64,000 nucleotides of DNA from Hypanus sabinus. Lineage: Eukaryota. The position numbers and the translations under genes were made by a program. This document shows positions 26,530 through 39,910 of this stretch, in pieces. The stretch covers positions 19,964,001-20,028,000 of the forward strand of contig NC_082722.1 of NCBI RefSeq assembly GCF_030144855.1, given 5' to 3'. Positions within the stretch are counted from its first letter, which is position 1. Every line of letters starts with the position of its first letter. The notes below the pieces were generated by a model. The model ran no database searches, was not told the DNA's origin, and saw nothing but the letters and a program-made list of their open reading frames with translations.

Positions 26530-27310
26530 AGGCAACACTTCACCAGCGAATCAGCTAGGGCAGTCTACTGTAGCCAGAACTACCAATGTGGACTCCTCTA
26601 CATTGTTGAGACTCGACGTAATCTGGGGACCACTTTTTCAAGTGGTGCCTGACGGAGAATTGTTCCAGTTCATTCCAAAATGCGAATTTGCTCGTGGCCA
26701 ATTATTATTTTTTCTGCCCCTTCACTTTCCGACATGTCGATTCATGTCCCATCTTACGACTTCACGAGGCTACTCTCAGGATGGGCAAGCAACACCTCGG
26801 ATTCAGTCCAGGTAGCCTCCAACTTGACGACATGAACATCGACTTTTCATTCAAGTATTTTTACCTCCTACGTCTCTCTTCTGATCCCCCCTCTGCCCTC
26901 TTATTTCCTCTGCTCTACTGCCTATAACTTCCACTTCCGCCCCACTTTCTTCCCTTTCTCGCGTAGTCTACTCTCCTTTCCTATCAGATTCCTTATTCTC
27001 CAGCTCTTTTCATTTTGAAACTCTTACTTCCCAGCTACTTACTTCATCCCACCGCCCAACCGCACACGCTCCTCTCCACCCCGCCTCCCCAAAGACCACT
27101 CAACGTGGCTTCAGCTATCGCCTTGTAATTCGTCCTCTATACCACAGCCTTTTTTTGCTGGAATTTTCCCTCCTCCATTCCAGTGCTAATGAAGGGACTC
27201 GGTCCGAAACGTTGACCGTTCATTCACTTCCATAGATACGGCCTGATCAGCTAAGTTCACCTTGTGTGTGTTGCTCTAGATTTCCAGTATTTGCAGAATC
27301 TTTTGCGTTC
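26530..27310 (+). mobile_element. Penelope-like element 3' part (GIY-YIG relic plus pyrimidine-rich tail)
   Basis: Begins tgtgaggcaacacttcacc (VRQHFT), 'CGLLYIVETRRNLG', 'FSPGSLQLDDMNIDFS'; ends gatttccagtatttgcag. Confidence 0.75.
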
Positions 27311-28199
27311 CTGAAATTAATGCTCTTTTATCAGTTCATTAGGAAAATATTTGTCATTAGGGGAAAATGGGAAAAATGGGAGCTAAAGGTCACATGCTGT
27401 GCCTGACGTAGAATTGCTTCGATAGCTGCCGCTGAGAGAAGGGTAGCAGGAGCCTACAAGTATGTCACTTTGGTCTTGGACTTGAACTTCTCGCTATCTT
27501 TTAAAAGATATGAATGAAGTGACTCAAAACCTTGGGGTTGAATATCAGGTTGGATAGCACAGTAAGTTCTGGACAACAGCAGCAATATTTTTACAAATAA
27601 AGCCGATGACCGCAAAAAAGAGAGGAACATTGGAGATTAACAGTTGATCAGAGAGCGTCAGGGAGAGTGAAGCAGATCTAAGATTTCTGATCGATTGTCC
27701 GATGAATGGTTGCAAATTAAGGGAGTGATTTTGTTTCCTACTCTTGGATTCTCCGTACTTTACGGAGCACCTTTCACGTTATTCTCCAAGTACAGTGGAA
27801 TCTGCAATCCTTGCAATAAGGCTGTAAGTTCTTTTTAACTATGACAAGATTACTGCTGGCTGGGGAAAGATTTTATGCGATAACGACATACATATGGTAA
27901 AAGTCAGATATTGCACAATTCGTGGGGTTTCCTGAAGTGTCCGAAACGCCTCTTGAGAAAATTCATCGAATAACCTTTAGAATTAAGTGGAACTGTCAAA
28001 ACGAAACGTTTTAAACATAGGATTTTTTTGGTAAAATTCAAAACCTCCCAAATCTTCCAAATCGAAAACAAAAACTAAAGATTAAAAACTTTTTAAACTC
28101 CAAAGAAATATTTTTCTTACTTATCAATACTTTCAGACGGATCAAACGCTGTGCTTAACAGTGAATAAATTTCAGTAATGAATAAACTGCAGTTAGTGC

Positions 28200-28980
28200 A
28201 AGTTTTTGAGTCCTCGTGTGTGCATGTGTGTGCTCACAGTTTCAGTTATTGTTTGGTGGTAGTGGTGTGATGGAGGCCACAGCTCTGGGGTAGAAGCTGT
28301 TCCTCTGTCTATCTGTTCTGGCTTTTAGTGTCCTGAACGTTTTGCCGGACGGCAGTGGATCAGGCAGGGAGTGGCAGGGGTGTGTGTTATCTCTGTTAAT
28401 GCTGAATGCTTTCCTCCTGAGTCTGCTGGAATAGATGGTGTCCAGTCCGGGGAGCTCCATCCTGACAATTTGCTGGGCCGCATTCACTACGCGGTGCAGA
28501 GCTTGTGGCTCAGAGACTGTGCAGCTGGCATACCACAATGTGGCGCTGTTGATCAGGATGGTTTCAATTGTGCTTCTGTAAAAGTTAAGCAACAGCTTTT
28601 TTGGGAGTAGGGCCTGTTTAAGCTTTCTGAGCAAAAAGAGTCTTGTTTTGCCTTTTTTTAATAAGCAACGAGGTGTCGGTGGTCAATGACAGCTGTTTTG
28701 ACAACATAACTCCAGGGAACTTTAGGTTTTCCACACTTTCCGTTACCTCTCCATATATATGAAGGGATGTGTGTATTCTGTCCTTTGATCTTCCGAAGTC
28801 AATGATCATCTCTTTTGTTTTAGAAGTGTTAAGGACCAGGTCGTTCTCCTTGCATCACTCCGTCAGATGATCCACCTCGAGCCTATAGGCTGTTCCATCC
28901 TCGTTCGAAATCAGGCAAACTACTGTGGTACCGTCAGCAAATTTATTTATGGAGTTGGAGGTGTAGATGAGGTTGCAACA
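28200..28980 (-). mobile_element. Rex1/Babar-type LINE 3' fragment
   Basis: NKFADGTTVVCLISNEDGTAYRLEVDHL; LLNFYRSTIETIL...WYASCT...PLPSGKTFRTLKARTDRQRNSFYPRAV. Confidence 0.85.
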
Positions 28981-28999
28981 TTCTTCTGTGCTGGGAGTG

Positions 29000-29680
29000 T
29001 TTGTGCATGAATCGCAAAAGGTTGGTGCACAGTTGCAGCAGGCTATCAAGAAGGCAAATGGAACTCTCGCCTTCAGTGCTAGAGGGACAGAATTTGAGAG
29101 CAAGGAGGTTACGGGGTACCGATGAGGCCGCATCCAGAGAACTGCGTGCAGGTCTTGCCTTCTAACTTGAGGATCGATATACGGGTGGCAGTGCTGAGGA
29201 CGTTAACCAGGTTGATTCGAGAGATGACAGGGTTAAACTATGAAAAGTGATTCAGTCGCCTGGGACTGTACTCGCTGGAATTCAGAAGGATGAGAGGACA
29301 TCTTATAAAAAACATAAAACTATAAAAAACTATATAGGATAGAGCCAGGAAAGTTATAAACGACTAGGGGCTACTTGAGAATACAACTAGGGATATCGCC
29401 TCAAGATTCGGGGGAACAACATTAAGATAAAGATTCGGAGGAACTGCTTTTCACAAAGAACGGTGAATCTGTGGAAATCTCTGCCCGCTGAATCAGTGGA
29501 GTCCACCTCAGTAAATATACTTAATCAAGGTTGGATATATTTTTGCATAACAGGTGAATTCAGCATTATGGGGAAAGGCAATTAGATGGAGATGTGTCCC
29601 TCATCAGATCAGCCATGATCTTATACGCTCGATGGGCCAGGTGGCCTAATGTTGTTCCTATTTCTTATATTCTTACGAAA
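29000..29680 (+). mobile_element. CR1 LINE 3' fragment
   Basis: 'gtcgcctgggactgtactcgctggaattcagaaggatgagagg' and the CR1 3' UTR. Confidence 0.7.
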
Positions 29681-30215
29681 TTCTTGAATTTATGCATAGA
29701 CTATTACATAGCAAAAAATACGTTATATTAAAAAAAACATTAAATACTAAAAACTAAGATTCCAAAAGAGGTACTTCGACAGAAGTCGAGGTACATGGTC
29801 GATGAAATAGGATATATCATTAATTTTGTCCGGGAGGAAATATGAGGAAAGGTCAGGCCTTGCGTGGAGTTGTACATATATAACCGGGATTATGGTTTTC
29901 TAGTTTTATATTGGTATTCCACAACGTCTGGTATTGGAACTATTTATTTTCCCACTATACATCTATGATTTGGATGACAGAATTGATCGCTTTGTAGCAA
30001 TGGTTTCAAAAGAAGGTGGGGTAATATAATAGAACGACTGAAATAACGACCTGTGGTAATGGCATAGATATGTATCATGGAGTACAATGCAATTCCATTT
30101 CTTTCCCTATTAGTCCAACCCAGATCAATTTTCCTGCAGATTGACATTCTTTTTGAGAAACCCGGCAATTTTCACCAATGAATTTTGTGACCGGAAGATT
30201 TCTTTATAATGAGAT

Positions 30216-30888
30216 TGTAACGTTCTCCTTCGCGTGTAACGATAACGTCGAATTTAACGTCGAGATAAACCACAGTCAATGAAACCAGATCGCAGTAAGA
30301 TTAACCATTTACTGTTCACTCTTCACATTAACATATGGTGAAAACTGTTGATAAAACAATACAAGATTGATACAGTATTTGTTCCTTCCTTAATATCACA
30401 TTTCAAGTGTAAATACTTGCAAAGGTGACTATAACTACATTACACTAAGGTGCAGTATACAGGGAGAGTATACCTGCTCCATTGACTACTTTAAATACAC
30501 TTCCATGCAAACTATCCGCGGCTCTTTAACTAACGAAAGCATAAACATTATCTACCGTCGTTACTTCTAACAGGATCGGCATTAACATCTTAGTTCAATA
30601 TATCGATTATCTATTAACTTACAGCGTTGCTCTCACTGTGATTTCTCATGCCTGCAAAACTACTTGTGCTCAGGTGAGCCTCGTGGAAAGCCCCCACCCT
30701 CGCGCTAATTTCAAACCGGTATTTTCCCACAAGACGCGGCGAAACCGGATGTGACGTCATCACATGCCGATATATTTTACATGCAATGAATATACTTTAA
30801 ACACTCCTAATTCTAACTAGAAAATACTATTGAATGAATTACTAAGCGAAAATATTATAAACTAAATAACTGTCGTAAAGACAGCACA
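30216..30888. mobile_element. Solo LTR, 673 bp, perfect 5-bp TSD GAGAT
   Basis: Termini TGTAACG...AGCACA; GAGAT at 30211-30215 and 30889-30893. Confidence 0.8.
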
Positions 30889-32287
30889 GAGATTATAAAA
30901 CCACTTATAAAATCACTTATAAAATGTACGTTCTATTAGTGCAACAGATAGCATATGACGTGGATGTAATATTATATATTATGCATTTTAGTTCTATTAC
31001 TCACTATATCCAATCGACTGTTGCATGCGTTTGCGGAAAGTCAATCATTTTCCTTCTTTCACTTTGCCGTAAATTTTTCGCCATTTGTTAGATAAAAAAA
31101 TTACAAACGCAAGATCGTGAGGAAATGCGTATTTAATAAGGCTGGATAGAATCATTTGAAAAATATGTTTTACTTTGGTAAATTGTGTGTAAAATTCAAT
31201 TTTATCTAAGGATGTTTAAATAGCTCTGTGAGTTGAGAGTACGATCTAACAATCCGGCTGAGAATATCAAGTGGCAGTTTCCTTCGGACAGAGATAGATT
31301 CCTTGTCTTGACAAAACTCGGTACTGAGAGGTTTCTTTACTGAGAGGCTGGTACATCTTTGTAATTTCTACCTCCTAATATTGGGCATGTGTATTCATTG
31401 GAAATATCTGAGACTGATGTCATTATATTTCATACCAGTTGAGAATCGAAGCATCTAAATTGTATAGGAATGTGAGAGAAGCTGTTCACTTTTATAAACA
31501 GTGAAATCATATTTATGTTTAAAATATTCACAAATGATATTTAAGTACATTCATTGTTCTATACTCTGCTCTTTTGTTTAACTATTTGCACATATCTATG
31601 CCTTTGGCTACCTCTGCACTGAAAACTGGAATTCTCTCTGAAATAGTCTTTCTTTCATTACGTAATCCGAACCTTCTCGTTTGTCTCCCCTATTTTCACG
31701 AAGTATCTAGTCGCTTCTCACACATGATTCGGATTGTGCTTTTTAATATTCTATTAATGCATCTTGTGATGACTTGTGAAAGTAAAAAGTCATTTTCTCT
31801 TGTTTGCTAATGGGATCTGCTGAGAGAGTTTTCGAGTGACAGGTCGGAAACAAACGACGTAATTTCGAATCTTCTATCCAACTATCTGCTAAGGCATCGG
31901 TAAAAGATTTTTTTTTCTTAATCCAAATTAAAAATACTCATTGTAAAGAACCAAAACGCAAACCCAAGATTACCTGTAGATGCTGCAGCTCCAAGCAACA
32001 CACAGAAAATGCTGGAGTCTCGCCCGAAACGTCAACAGCTTTTCTCCACAGAGGCTGCCTGGCCTGCTGACTTCCTCTGTAATTTCGTGTATGTTACACT
32101 GTAAAGAACCACTATGTAAGATGATCTGTTCTCTCCAAGAGTCCCATCATCACATAAAAACTCGTGTCATATTGCATCTCTAGAAATATTTTCAAACCTG
32201 AGTTACCCCATAAAATGCTCTACATTCTTGCCTCACGGTCTCTATATATTTATATATGTTTCACAGTTTCTTCGTTTTTTTTACATA

Positions 32288-32395
32288 ATCTGGAAGACAG
32301 GAATAAACCCCTGATTCTTAGATGTGCATTGGGTGGTCTGACTATTGTAGTTCTGATTATAATTTTGATAAGAAGCGGAGTTAACACTAAACGTG
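32288..32395 (+). pseudogene. Receptor copy D, TM pseudo-exon with both splice sites lost
   Basis: Aligns without gaps to the 108-bp TM exon of copy C. xLEDRNKPLILRCALGGLTIVVLIIILIRSGVNTKR; acceptor cata instead of ccag, donor ttaaa instead of gtaac. Confidence 0.82.
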
Positions 32396-32917
32396 TTAAA
32401 GACATGAATGATTTGACAAGCATTTCCATGTATTACCTCTACATATTGAAAATAGAAATGATAATGAGAGAATCAATATTTCCATGGCATTATCGGATTT
32501 ACATTCGACAATAATCATTATAAATAACAGGATAATTTTACATTCCCATTCAAGCTATCCAATCATCCCTTTTACCTACTTTTCTGAGTCACCAGGGGTT
32601 TTCCAGCTGTGACTTCCTGCGGCGATTTTACACTAGTAATAGTGCTCTTACTGTATTAGTTTCGTTCTTTTGAGATATAACATGACTGATGTTCTGCTGC
32701 CGCCACTCTGTCTTTCAGTCAAAACCTAGATCCACCACAATCATGAAGGGTCATGCACAACACATTTCATGGCCACAATGTGCGCTGATAAGATTTTGAA
32801 TAGCTGTCAAGGGTTTCAACATTCGGGAAGAAGTATGATTGTAATCCAATGCGCGACTTCAAATTTTCCAGCAGTACCGCTATTATTTAAGGTGTTGTAT
32901 ATTTTTAAACCAATTAC

Positions 32918-32961
32918 CTATTAAAACGACCTCTGAAGAAGCAAGTCAAGGCGGAGAACCG
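32918..32961 (+). pseudogene. Receptor copy D, cytoplasmic exon 1 relic
   Basis: 44 bp, xIKTTSEEASQGGEP|gtaggt, same length and donor as Cy1 in A and B; acceptor reads tac, not ag. Confidence 0.65.
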
Positions 32962-33009
32962 GTAGGTGAAACAGCTATATTTTTTGCTTCTGAGAGGGGT
33001 ATATTAGAA

Positions 33010-34700
33010 GAACAGAAACACAGAAAACCTACATCATAATTCAGTCCCTTCGGCCCAAAAAGCTGAGCCGCAGATATCTGCGCAGAAAGTGCCTAGGAAG
33101 TACCCCTAACCCTCTACTTTTCTGAGCTCAATTTATCTGTCTCAGAATCTCTTAAAATGCCCTATCGTTTAAGCCTCCATTGCCGCTGCCAGCAGCCCAT
33201 TCCATGCGGTCATCATGCATAAAAAGCTACCCTTGACATCTCCTCAGTACCTACTTCAAGCACTTCAATACGGTGCCCTCTCGGGCAAGCCATTTCAGCT
33301 CTGGAATCCACAGGATCAATGCCTCACATCATCTTATACATCTCTATCATGTCTCCTCTCATCCACCGTTGCTCCAAAGAAAAATGGCCGAGCTCACTCA
33401 ACCTATTCTCATAAGGCATGCTCCCAATCTGGGCAACATCCTTGCAAATCTCCTCTGCACCTTTTCTATGGTTGCCACATCATTCCTACAATTAGCTGAA
33501 CAGAACTGAGCACTGTACTCCAGGTGGGGTCTGAGGGTCCTATATAGCTGCAACACTACCTCTCGGCTGTTAAACTTAATCCCAGGATTGATGAAGGCCA
33601 CTGCACCGCATACTTTCTTAACCACAAATTCAATCTGCGTAACAGTCTTGAGTGTCCTATAGATTCGGACCACATGAACCCTCTGATCCCTCACACTGCG
33701 AAGAGTCTTATCATTAATACTCTATTCTGTCATGACATTTGACCTACCAAAATGAACTAACTCACACTTTCCTGGGTTGACCTAAATCTTCCACTTCTCA
33801 GGGCAGTTTTTCATCTATTAATGTCCCGGTGTAATCTCTGACAGTCCTTCACAATATCCACAATACCTCCAACTTCTGTGTCATCAGAAACTTTACAAAT
33901 CCATCTCTCTACTTCTTCATCTAAGTCATTTATAAAAATCAGGAAGAGTAGGGGATCCCAGAACAGATCCCCGGGGCAGAGCGTTGGTCACGGATCTCTA
34001 TGCAGAATATGAGCCGTCCTTAACCACTCTTTGCCTTCTGTGGGAAAGCCAGTTTTGGATCCACAATTCAATGTTCCATTAGATCCCATGGATCCTTACT
34101 TTCCAATAAGCCTTGCATAGAATACCTTGTCAAAAGCCTTGCTAAAATCCATATAAATTACATCCACTGCTCTACCTTCATCAATGTGTTTAGACGCATC
34201 CTGAAAAAAATCAATCAAGCTCGTAAGGCACGACCTGCCTTTGAGAAAGCAATGCTGACTACTCCTAATCATACGATGACTCTCCAAAGGTTAATAAACC
34301 CTGCCCCTCAGGATCTTGTCCATCAACTTACCAACCACTGTAGCAAGTCTCACTGACCTATAATTTCCTGGGTTATCCCTGCTCCCTTTCTCGAATAAAG
34401 GAACGACATCAGCAACCCTCCAATATTCCGGAAACTCACCATTGATGATGCAAAAATCGTCTCCAGAGGCTCAGCAATCTCCTCCCTTGTCTTCTGCATT
34501 ACCCTGGGGTACATCTTGTCCGGTCCTGGTGCCTTATCCAACTTGACGTTTTCCTAAAGCTCCAGCACATCCTCTCTCTTAATACCTACATGCTCAAGCT
34601 TTTCTGTCCGCTCTAAATTATTCTTACAATCGCCAAGATCCTTTTCCGTAGTGATTACTGAAGCAAACTACGCATTAAGTACCTCTGCTATCTTCTCTGT
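33010..34700 (-). mobile_element. CR1 LINE fragment shared with copy C intron
   Basis: DKAPGPDKMYPRVM, SSQHCFLKGRSCLTSLIDFF...VDVIYMDFSKAFDKV, QLYRTLRPHLEYSAQF. Confidence 0.85.
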
Positions 34701-35449
34701 TTCCATATATATTTTAGCACAGGGTTAACCAGCCGACTGAATACGAGAGTACCGAATTGGTTTAGTATAACATCAGACGGTGATAGTGGAGTTTCCTAAT
34801 CAAGGATGAAGACCTGCAATTGCTGATGTACTGAAGAAGGCAGTTCAGGTTTCAGTACTGTTTGTCAGCTAGTTCAAAATATTTAAGTAGATAATATTGT
34901 TGACATAATTAATGACATCGGGGAGGCCAGGAAATTGCTCATACAACAGAAGTCAAAAGCTCACCAAGACAATGAACTGGGAAAGTGGTCTTTCCAGTTC
35001 AGATAGGATTTAATTTGGACAATGGCGAAATGTTGCATTTTGGTTGGTTAAAATAAAGCTGAAAATAAACACTAAATTGCCTTGGAGTTTGAAGTAGAAC
35101 TCAGTAACTGAGGGCAAATGGCGATGGAGGTTGTCAGAAATGTAAAGAAGGTGTTTGTCACAAAATAGAATGTGGAGATCGTAAATGGATTCTCGGCATC
35201 TGAATTTACTCGGGAGACGGACACAGGGTCTACAGAAGTGACACAAAGATGCAATAAGGTTATGGTCTTGTATTTCTTCATTCAAAACTTTTAAAATTGA
35301 GTCTAAGACTAAAGGTAACCCAGCATGGCTTATTACTGTATGGCCCTTCTTCCCTTGTCTTCCCTCCAGCTGTTCCCTTCCGATCCAACACACTTACTTT
35401 AGTTCCCAATATTTTCATTTTCGACATATCTCATAAAAGAGTATTCACA

Positions 35450-36230
35450 TGCCTAACGGAAGAGATTTTTGCAGAGTTGCAGGCAATCCAGAACAACACG
35501 CAGAAAACTGTAGAGGAACATACCCGGGAAAGAAGCATATATGGAAGAGAATAAACAGCCGATGTTTCGGGCCAAGACACTTCATCAGCATTGGAAAGGA
35601 AGAGGGAAGATACCAGATATAAACTTGGGAGTGTGGAAGAAGGTCTAACTAGAAGGTCATGGGTAAAGCCAGTTGAGTGGGGGAGAGGCGATGAAGTAAG
35701 AATCTGGTAGGTGATGGACAGAAAAGGAAAAAAAAATACTGTAGATGAAGGAAAGTAGACCATAGGAGAAAGGGAAGGAGGAAAGGCACCAAGGAAAGGA
35801 TATAGTCAGTTGTGGAGTAGAGGTAGGAGGCCAGACTGTGTAAGAGAAGAATACGGAAGGGAGAGAGAAAAAATAATGAAGGCAGAAATCGTTCTTCATG
35901 CCATTAGGTTGGCGGCTACCTAGACTGAACCTGAGGCGTTAATCCTCCACCCTAAGAGTAGCTTCATGGTGGCAGAAGAAGAAACCGAGAAACAAAATGT
36001 CGTGACGAGAATAGGGATAGGAAGGGTAAAGACTGGCCACCGGATTTTCCACTTTCAGTGGATGCAGTGGAGATGTTTGAAAAAACTGTCCGCTAATTTA
36101 TATTGGGTCGCAACAACGTAGAGGAGGCCGCGTCGGAAGTTCTGGACAGAGTAGAGAAGCATAAAAGATTCGGAAATGAAAGTGTTGCCTCACTAGGACG
36201 GACTGTTTGGGGCTTAGAATGCCGGCGATA
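35450..36230 (-). mobile_element. Penelope-like element 3' part
   Basis: Minus strand VRQHF...CHHEATLRVE..LRFSLGSRQPNGMKNDF, then the pyrimidine-rich tail. Confidence 0.72.
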
Positions 36231-36469
36231 AATATTATCTCTCAGGTATAATTTTCATGTTGTCTTGGCCTGAAAGGATAATTTTCCTTCCTTTTAGATT
36301 TACATTTTGATTGGAAATCAAATGCTGTCTTCACACAGGGATCTGCTCATGTCACTACAAGTTTGACAACACTTCATAGTCATTTACAGAGGGAAGTCAG
36401 TCTAGAATCTACCTTGGTGTTGTGTTGTGTCAAATTAATATAAAACGTTTCTTCATAGGAAGGCCACTT

Positions 36470-37080
36470 CTGTTTTTAGGGTATCTTCAGACATCAATCG
36501 CAGAATTGAATTGGGGCCAAGAAGTAATATTACAGCTATATAGGACCCTGGTCAGACCCCATTTGGAGTACTGGGCTCAGTTCTGGTTGCCACACTGCAA
36601 GACGAATGTGTTAGCCCTACAAAGTGTACAAAGTAGATTTACAAAAATGTTGCCTGGATTGGGCAGCATGACTTATGAGAATAGGTTGAGTAAACTCGGC
36701 CTTTTCGCCTTGGAGCGAAGAAGGATGAGAGGTGACCTGAAAGAGGTGTGCAAGATGATGAGAATCATTGATCATGTGGATAGTCAGAGGCTTTTTCCCA
36801 GGGTTGATATGGTTTCCACAAAAGGACACAGGTTTAAGGTGCTGGGGAGCAGGTGCAGAGGAGATGGCACGGTAAGTTTTTTACTCAGAGAGTGGTGAGT
36901 GCGTGGAATGGGCTGGAGGGTGATACGATAGGTTCTGTTAAGAGGTTTTTAGATAGATACATCGAGCTCAGTAAAATAGAGGGCTATAGATAAGCCTAGT
37001 AATTTCTGAGGTAGGGACATGTTCGATACAACTTTGTGGGCCGAAGTGCCTGTATTATGCTGTAAATTTTCTTTGTTTTT
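36470..37080 (+). mobile_element. CR1 LINE 3' fragment
   Basis: QLYRTLVRPHLEYWAQFWLP...LGLFALERRRMRGDL. Confidence 0.85.
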
Positions 37081-37539
37081 CAGTGTCTCTATGGAAACAA
37101 TTGACAAAATTCCGACTAGATTCCATTATTTTCTGATTCAGATGATAGTAATTCTCAACCCTTCTCCACGTATTCGCTCATGATAGCTAATCAAGGTTCT
37201 CGGCCCGAATAGTCAGTTGTTCCTTCCTCTCCATTGATGCCACCTCACGCTTTGACCGCTGTATAAACAAAATGTTTCTCTTGGCATTGATATATATTGT
37301 TATGCGTTTTCTGCACTACTGTGAGGTACAACTAGTTCCGCAATCGATATGGTCAAAGTTTCAAACTTTAGAATTGTATTTTATTTGATGTTATGTTGAC
37401 GCTTCACATTTTTCTCTTTGCAGAATGTTTTGCCCTAGAATGGAAACACGGACGTTGCAGAACTATTTTCTGCTATTTGTAGCTTCCTTTTGAACTGCCT
37501 GAAAACGTCCTTGCAGATCTTTAGCGAAAAGAAGAATTA

Positions 37540-38100
37540 CAATCATCGTGTACAGCACAGAAGAGGCCCGTCTCGACTATTCGCAACGAAATATGTATAC
37601 AACTGTTATTTTTCCTTCCCTTATCACGGTACCACTTCCTCTGGAAACATGTTGTATAAATCTAACCTCTGCTGTGTGAAATCCCTGACATGCAGATTTC
37701 TCCTTTAAATATTTCTTCTCTTAATTCAGAACGATGTCTTCTAGCTTTAGCACCCCAGTCTTGCGAAATTGACTGTGAGAATCCACTATATTAATGTCTG
37801 TAGCAATGTTTATCCGAATCTCACGTTATCCTCCAGTCCACTGTATTCCAGAGTGAACAACCCATTTCTATACAATCCCTCCATGCCACTACAGTCTCCC
37901 CTTCAAAACAATGTCCTGGTGTATTTCTACTGCAATCTTTCTAACTATACCACGTGCATTCCATCTTGTCATGACCAGAAGAGCACGCAATGCACCAAGT
38001 GGGGCCCAGCCAATAGCTACAGCTGCAACATGACGTCCCAACACTCGTCAATACCCATTCAAGAGGGCAAGTAGGCTGAAGCCCCTCCTATCTAATATCC
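37540..38100 (-). mobile_element. CR1 LINE 3' fragment, degenerate
   Basis: Reverse complement of the CR1 3' region (cagctgtagctattggctgggccccacttggtgcattgcgtg). Confidence 0.55.
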
Positions 38101-38349
38101 TGATGTTTCGTCTTTTCAGGAGACTATCAATGTACACATTAACGTCACTCTGTAAAGTAACGCATAAATAATAATTTTGTGTTTAAATCATAAACTCAAA
38201 ATATTCTGGAGATACTGAAATCCAGAATAATAGACACAAAATCTTGCAGGAACTTAGCAGGTCTGACAGTATTAATGGAGAGGAATTAAGTGCTGCATTT
38301 TTGGGCTGAGAACTTTGTTCAGCCTGGTTGCTTTTCCTCGGGGGTAGGA

Positions 38350-38800
38350 AGCAAAGCCCCTCTAATTTTGCAGCAATGTGCTGCAGCCATCACTCTGAGC
38401 AGGAAATTTTTACACTGGCTGTAAGAGGATTATGCACGGGCCGAGAGTTTACTAACAATGAGCTACCGATTTCCATTCTGAGTTTGTTGTGACAATTTGT
38501 ACCAGTGTTGTAACTTGCAATACTGACAATGTTAGAACTTTGAAGCTCTAAAGTGTTTTACATTAACGTTGTCGTAAGTTTATTATGCAGAAAAATTATG
38601 GTTTATATTCACTAGCAAACAATCATTTGATATTTCACAATTGCATTAACAAATATTTCATAATCATGTTAGCATAATTTCAAAATTAGATTAACATTGT
38701 CTAAAAAAAATTCCGCTGCGTGACAGCAATGACTATGTGCGCAGGAGCACTTCAGTTACTGCGCGGCTGCATACCCGCACAGTTTAATGGGAACAGTGGG
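38350..38800. mobile_element. Possible hAT-type DNA transposon relic
   Basis: Right end reverse-complements to cactgttcccattaaactg; left end 'cccctctaattttg' is at best a decayed TIR; no TSD or transposase seen. Confidence 0.3.
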
Positions 38801-39802
38801 GCAGGTGTTTACAGGCCACGTAGAGAGGAGGCTGGTTTCCTAATCAACTGAACTGCGTCCACAAACTTCTGTAATTTTGTTTTTGCTGTCTTGGGCATTA
38901 TGCTGTTGACAAACCTTTGAGTAGTACCATTGACTTGAAACCTATAAAGAGCTTTGAATCATGTCAAGGTTGAATACTGATGTACAAAACTTTACATTGT
39001 GATCATTATAGACGCGAATTTCCCCCTCCGAAAAAAATACCATTTCCATATCGACATGTGGATAAAGTACTCGCCCAGAGACGGATGTAACATTGTCAGC
39101 CCCATTGTTTAGATTGTGAAAGCAATATCAAAATCGAGCACCAGTGACCAATTCAGTGAAACGATTGTAAAATAAACTACTGATGTATTCATCAGTGTCA
39201 AGTTTAGATTGCCACCGCTTTACACAAAGTTTATGTCGGCGTTCCCTTTTCCCTTTTTGCTTCATATAGAATTTGAACGGCAAGAGCCTGTCTTGTCCCA
39301 CAAATGAAGGGACGTTTCATTCCTTACTTAAAATGAATTTTCAGAAAATTTAATTATGAGTGTAGAGATTCCAGTGAAGTAGCAGCCATGTTACTAAATC
39401 TTTGGCTAACTCAAAATACAAGCGCATTTTTCTGTTATTTCTGTCGGATTTCCGCAACCTGAGTTATCTACTAAGGGCTCAGATGGCTGTTTCATTACAA
39501 TTATAGTTTAACATGAACTTCTCGCGAGAGGACATTACGAAATTGTGATTATATTTCCGCAAGCTGACGTATATGAATTAAAGCAGGTTTGTGATTCTCG
39601 CTGACGTTCTTTTGAAAGTGAACAATACGCGTATTGCTAGGGTGAGAAAGAAATTCCCCCGTCTGTCACAATGTCCACTGTCCTTATTCTTATCTTTCAC
39701 TATTATTTCAGCCAGCGCTCTTAAAACTTCCTGCAGTAGATAAGGGAAACAACGTGGTGAGCATGCATTCGTTTTTCACCTTCTCGCTTCTTAATGAAAG
39801 CT

Positions 39803-39910
39803 TCACATCTGCGTTACTGAATCCTTGTTGCCGTGCTTAAATGCCGATAATTTGTTGTTCGGAAGCTACAGAGCGGCATATGTCAACTTTTCACCTCTGT
39901 CACGTCATGT
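39803..39910 (-). pseudogene. Receptor copy C, ITIM exon with two internal stops
   Basis: ttatttccacag|ACA acceptor; T*RDRGEKLTYAAL*LPNNKLSAFKHGNKDSVTQM*, homologous to copy A TKRNGADKLTYAALFLP. Confidence 0.85.

Larger units (their letters stand above)
31200..34700 (+). repeat. Inverted duplication arm (partner about 41150-50570, minus strand)
   Basis: Reverse-complement matches: 31225-31950 to 49900-50570; 32090-32630 to 49114-49610; 32630-32895 to 48511-48770; 32900-33030 to 42620-42777; then a shared CR1 insertion. The outer limit inside the CR1 is uncertain. Confidence 0.85.

Noticed and set aside
31225-31380. Peptide LCELRVRSNNPAENIKWQF with Ig-like Cys-x14-Trp spacing upstream of copy D
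   Set aside because: The adjoining DNA (tttctttactgagaggctggtacatctttgtaatttctacc) matches the CR1 3' end; the C paralog has a stop here; no splice sites or second Cys.
32164-32514. 116-aa ORF (and the 156-aa ORF 49233-49703) as single-exon membrane proteins
   Set aside because: Only the central 108 bp aligns to the family TM exon; the rest is intron read-through.
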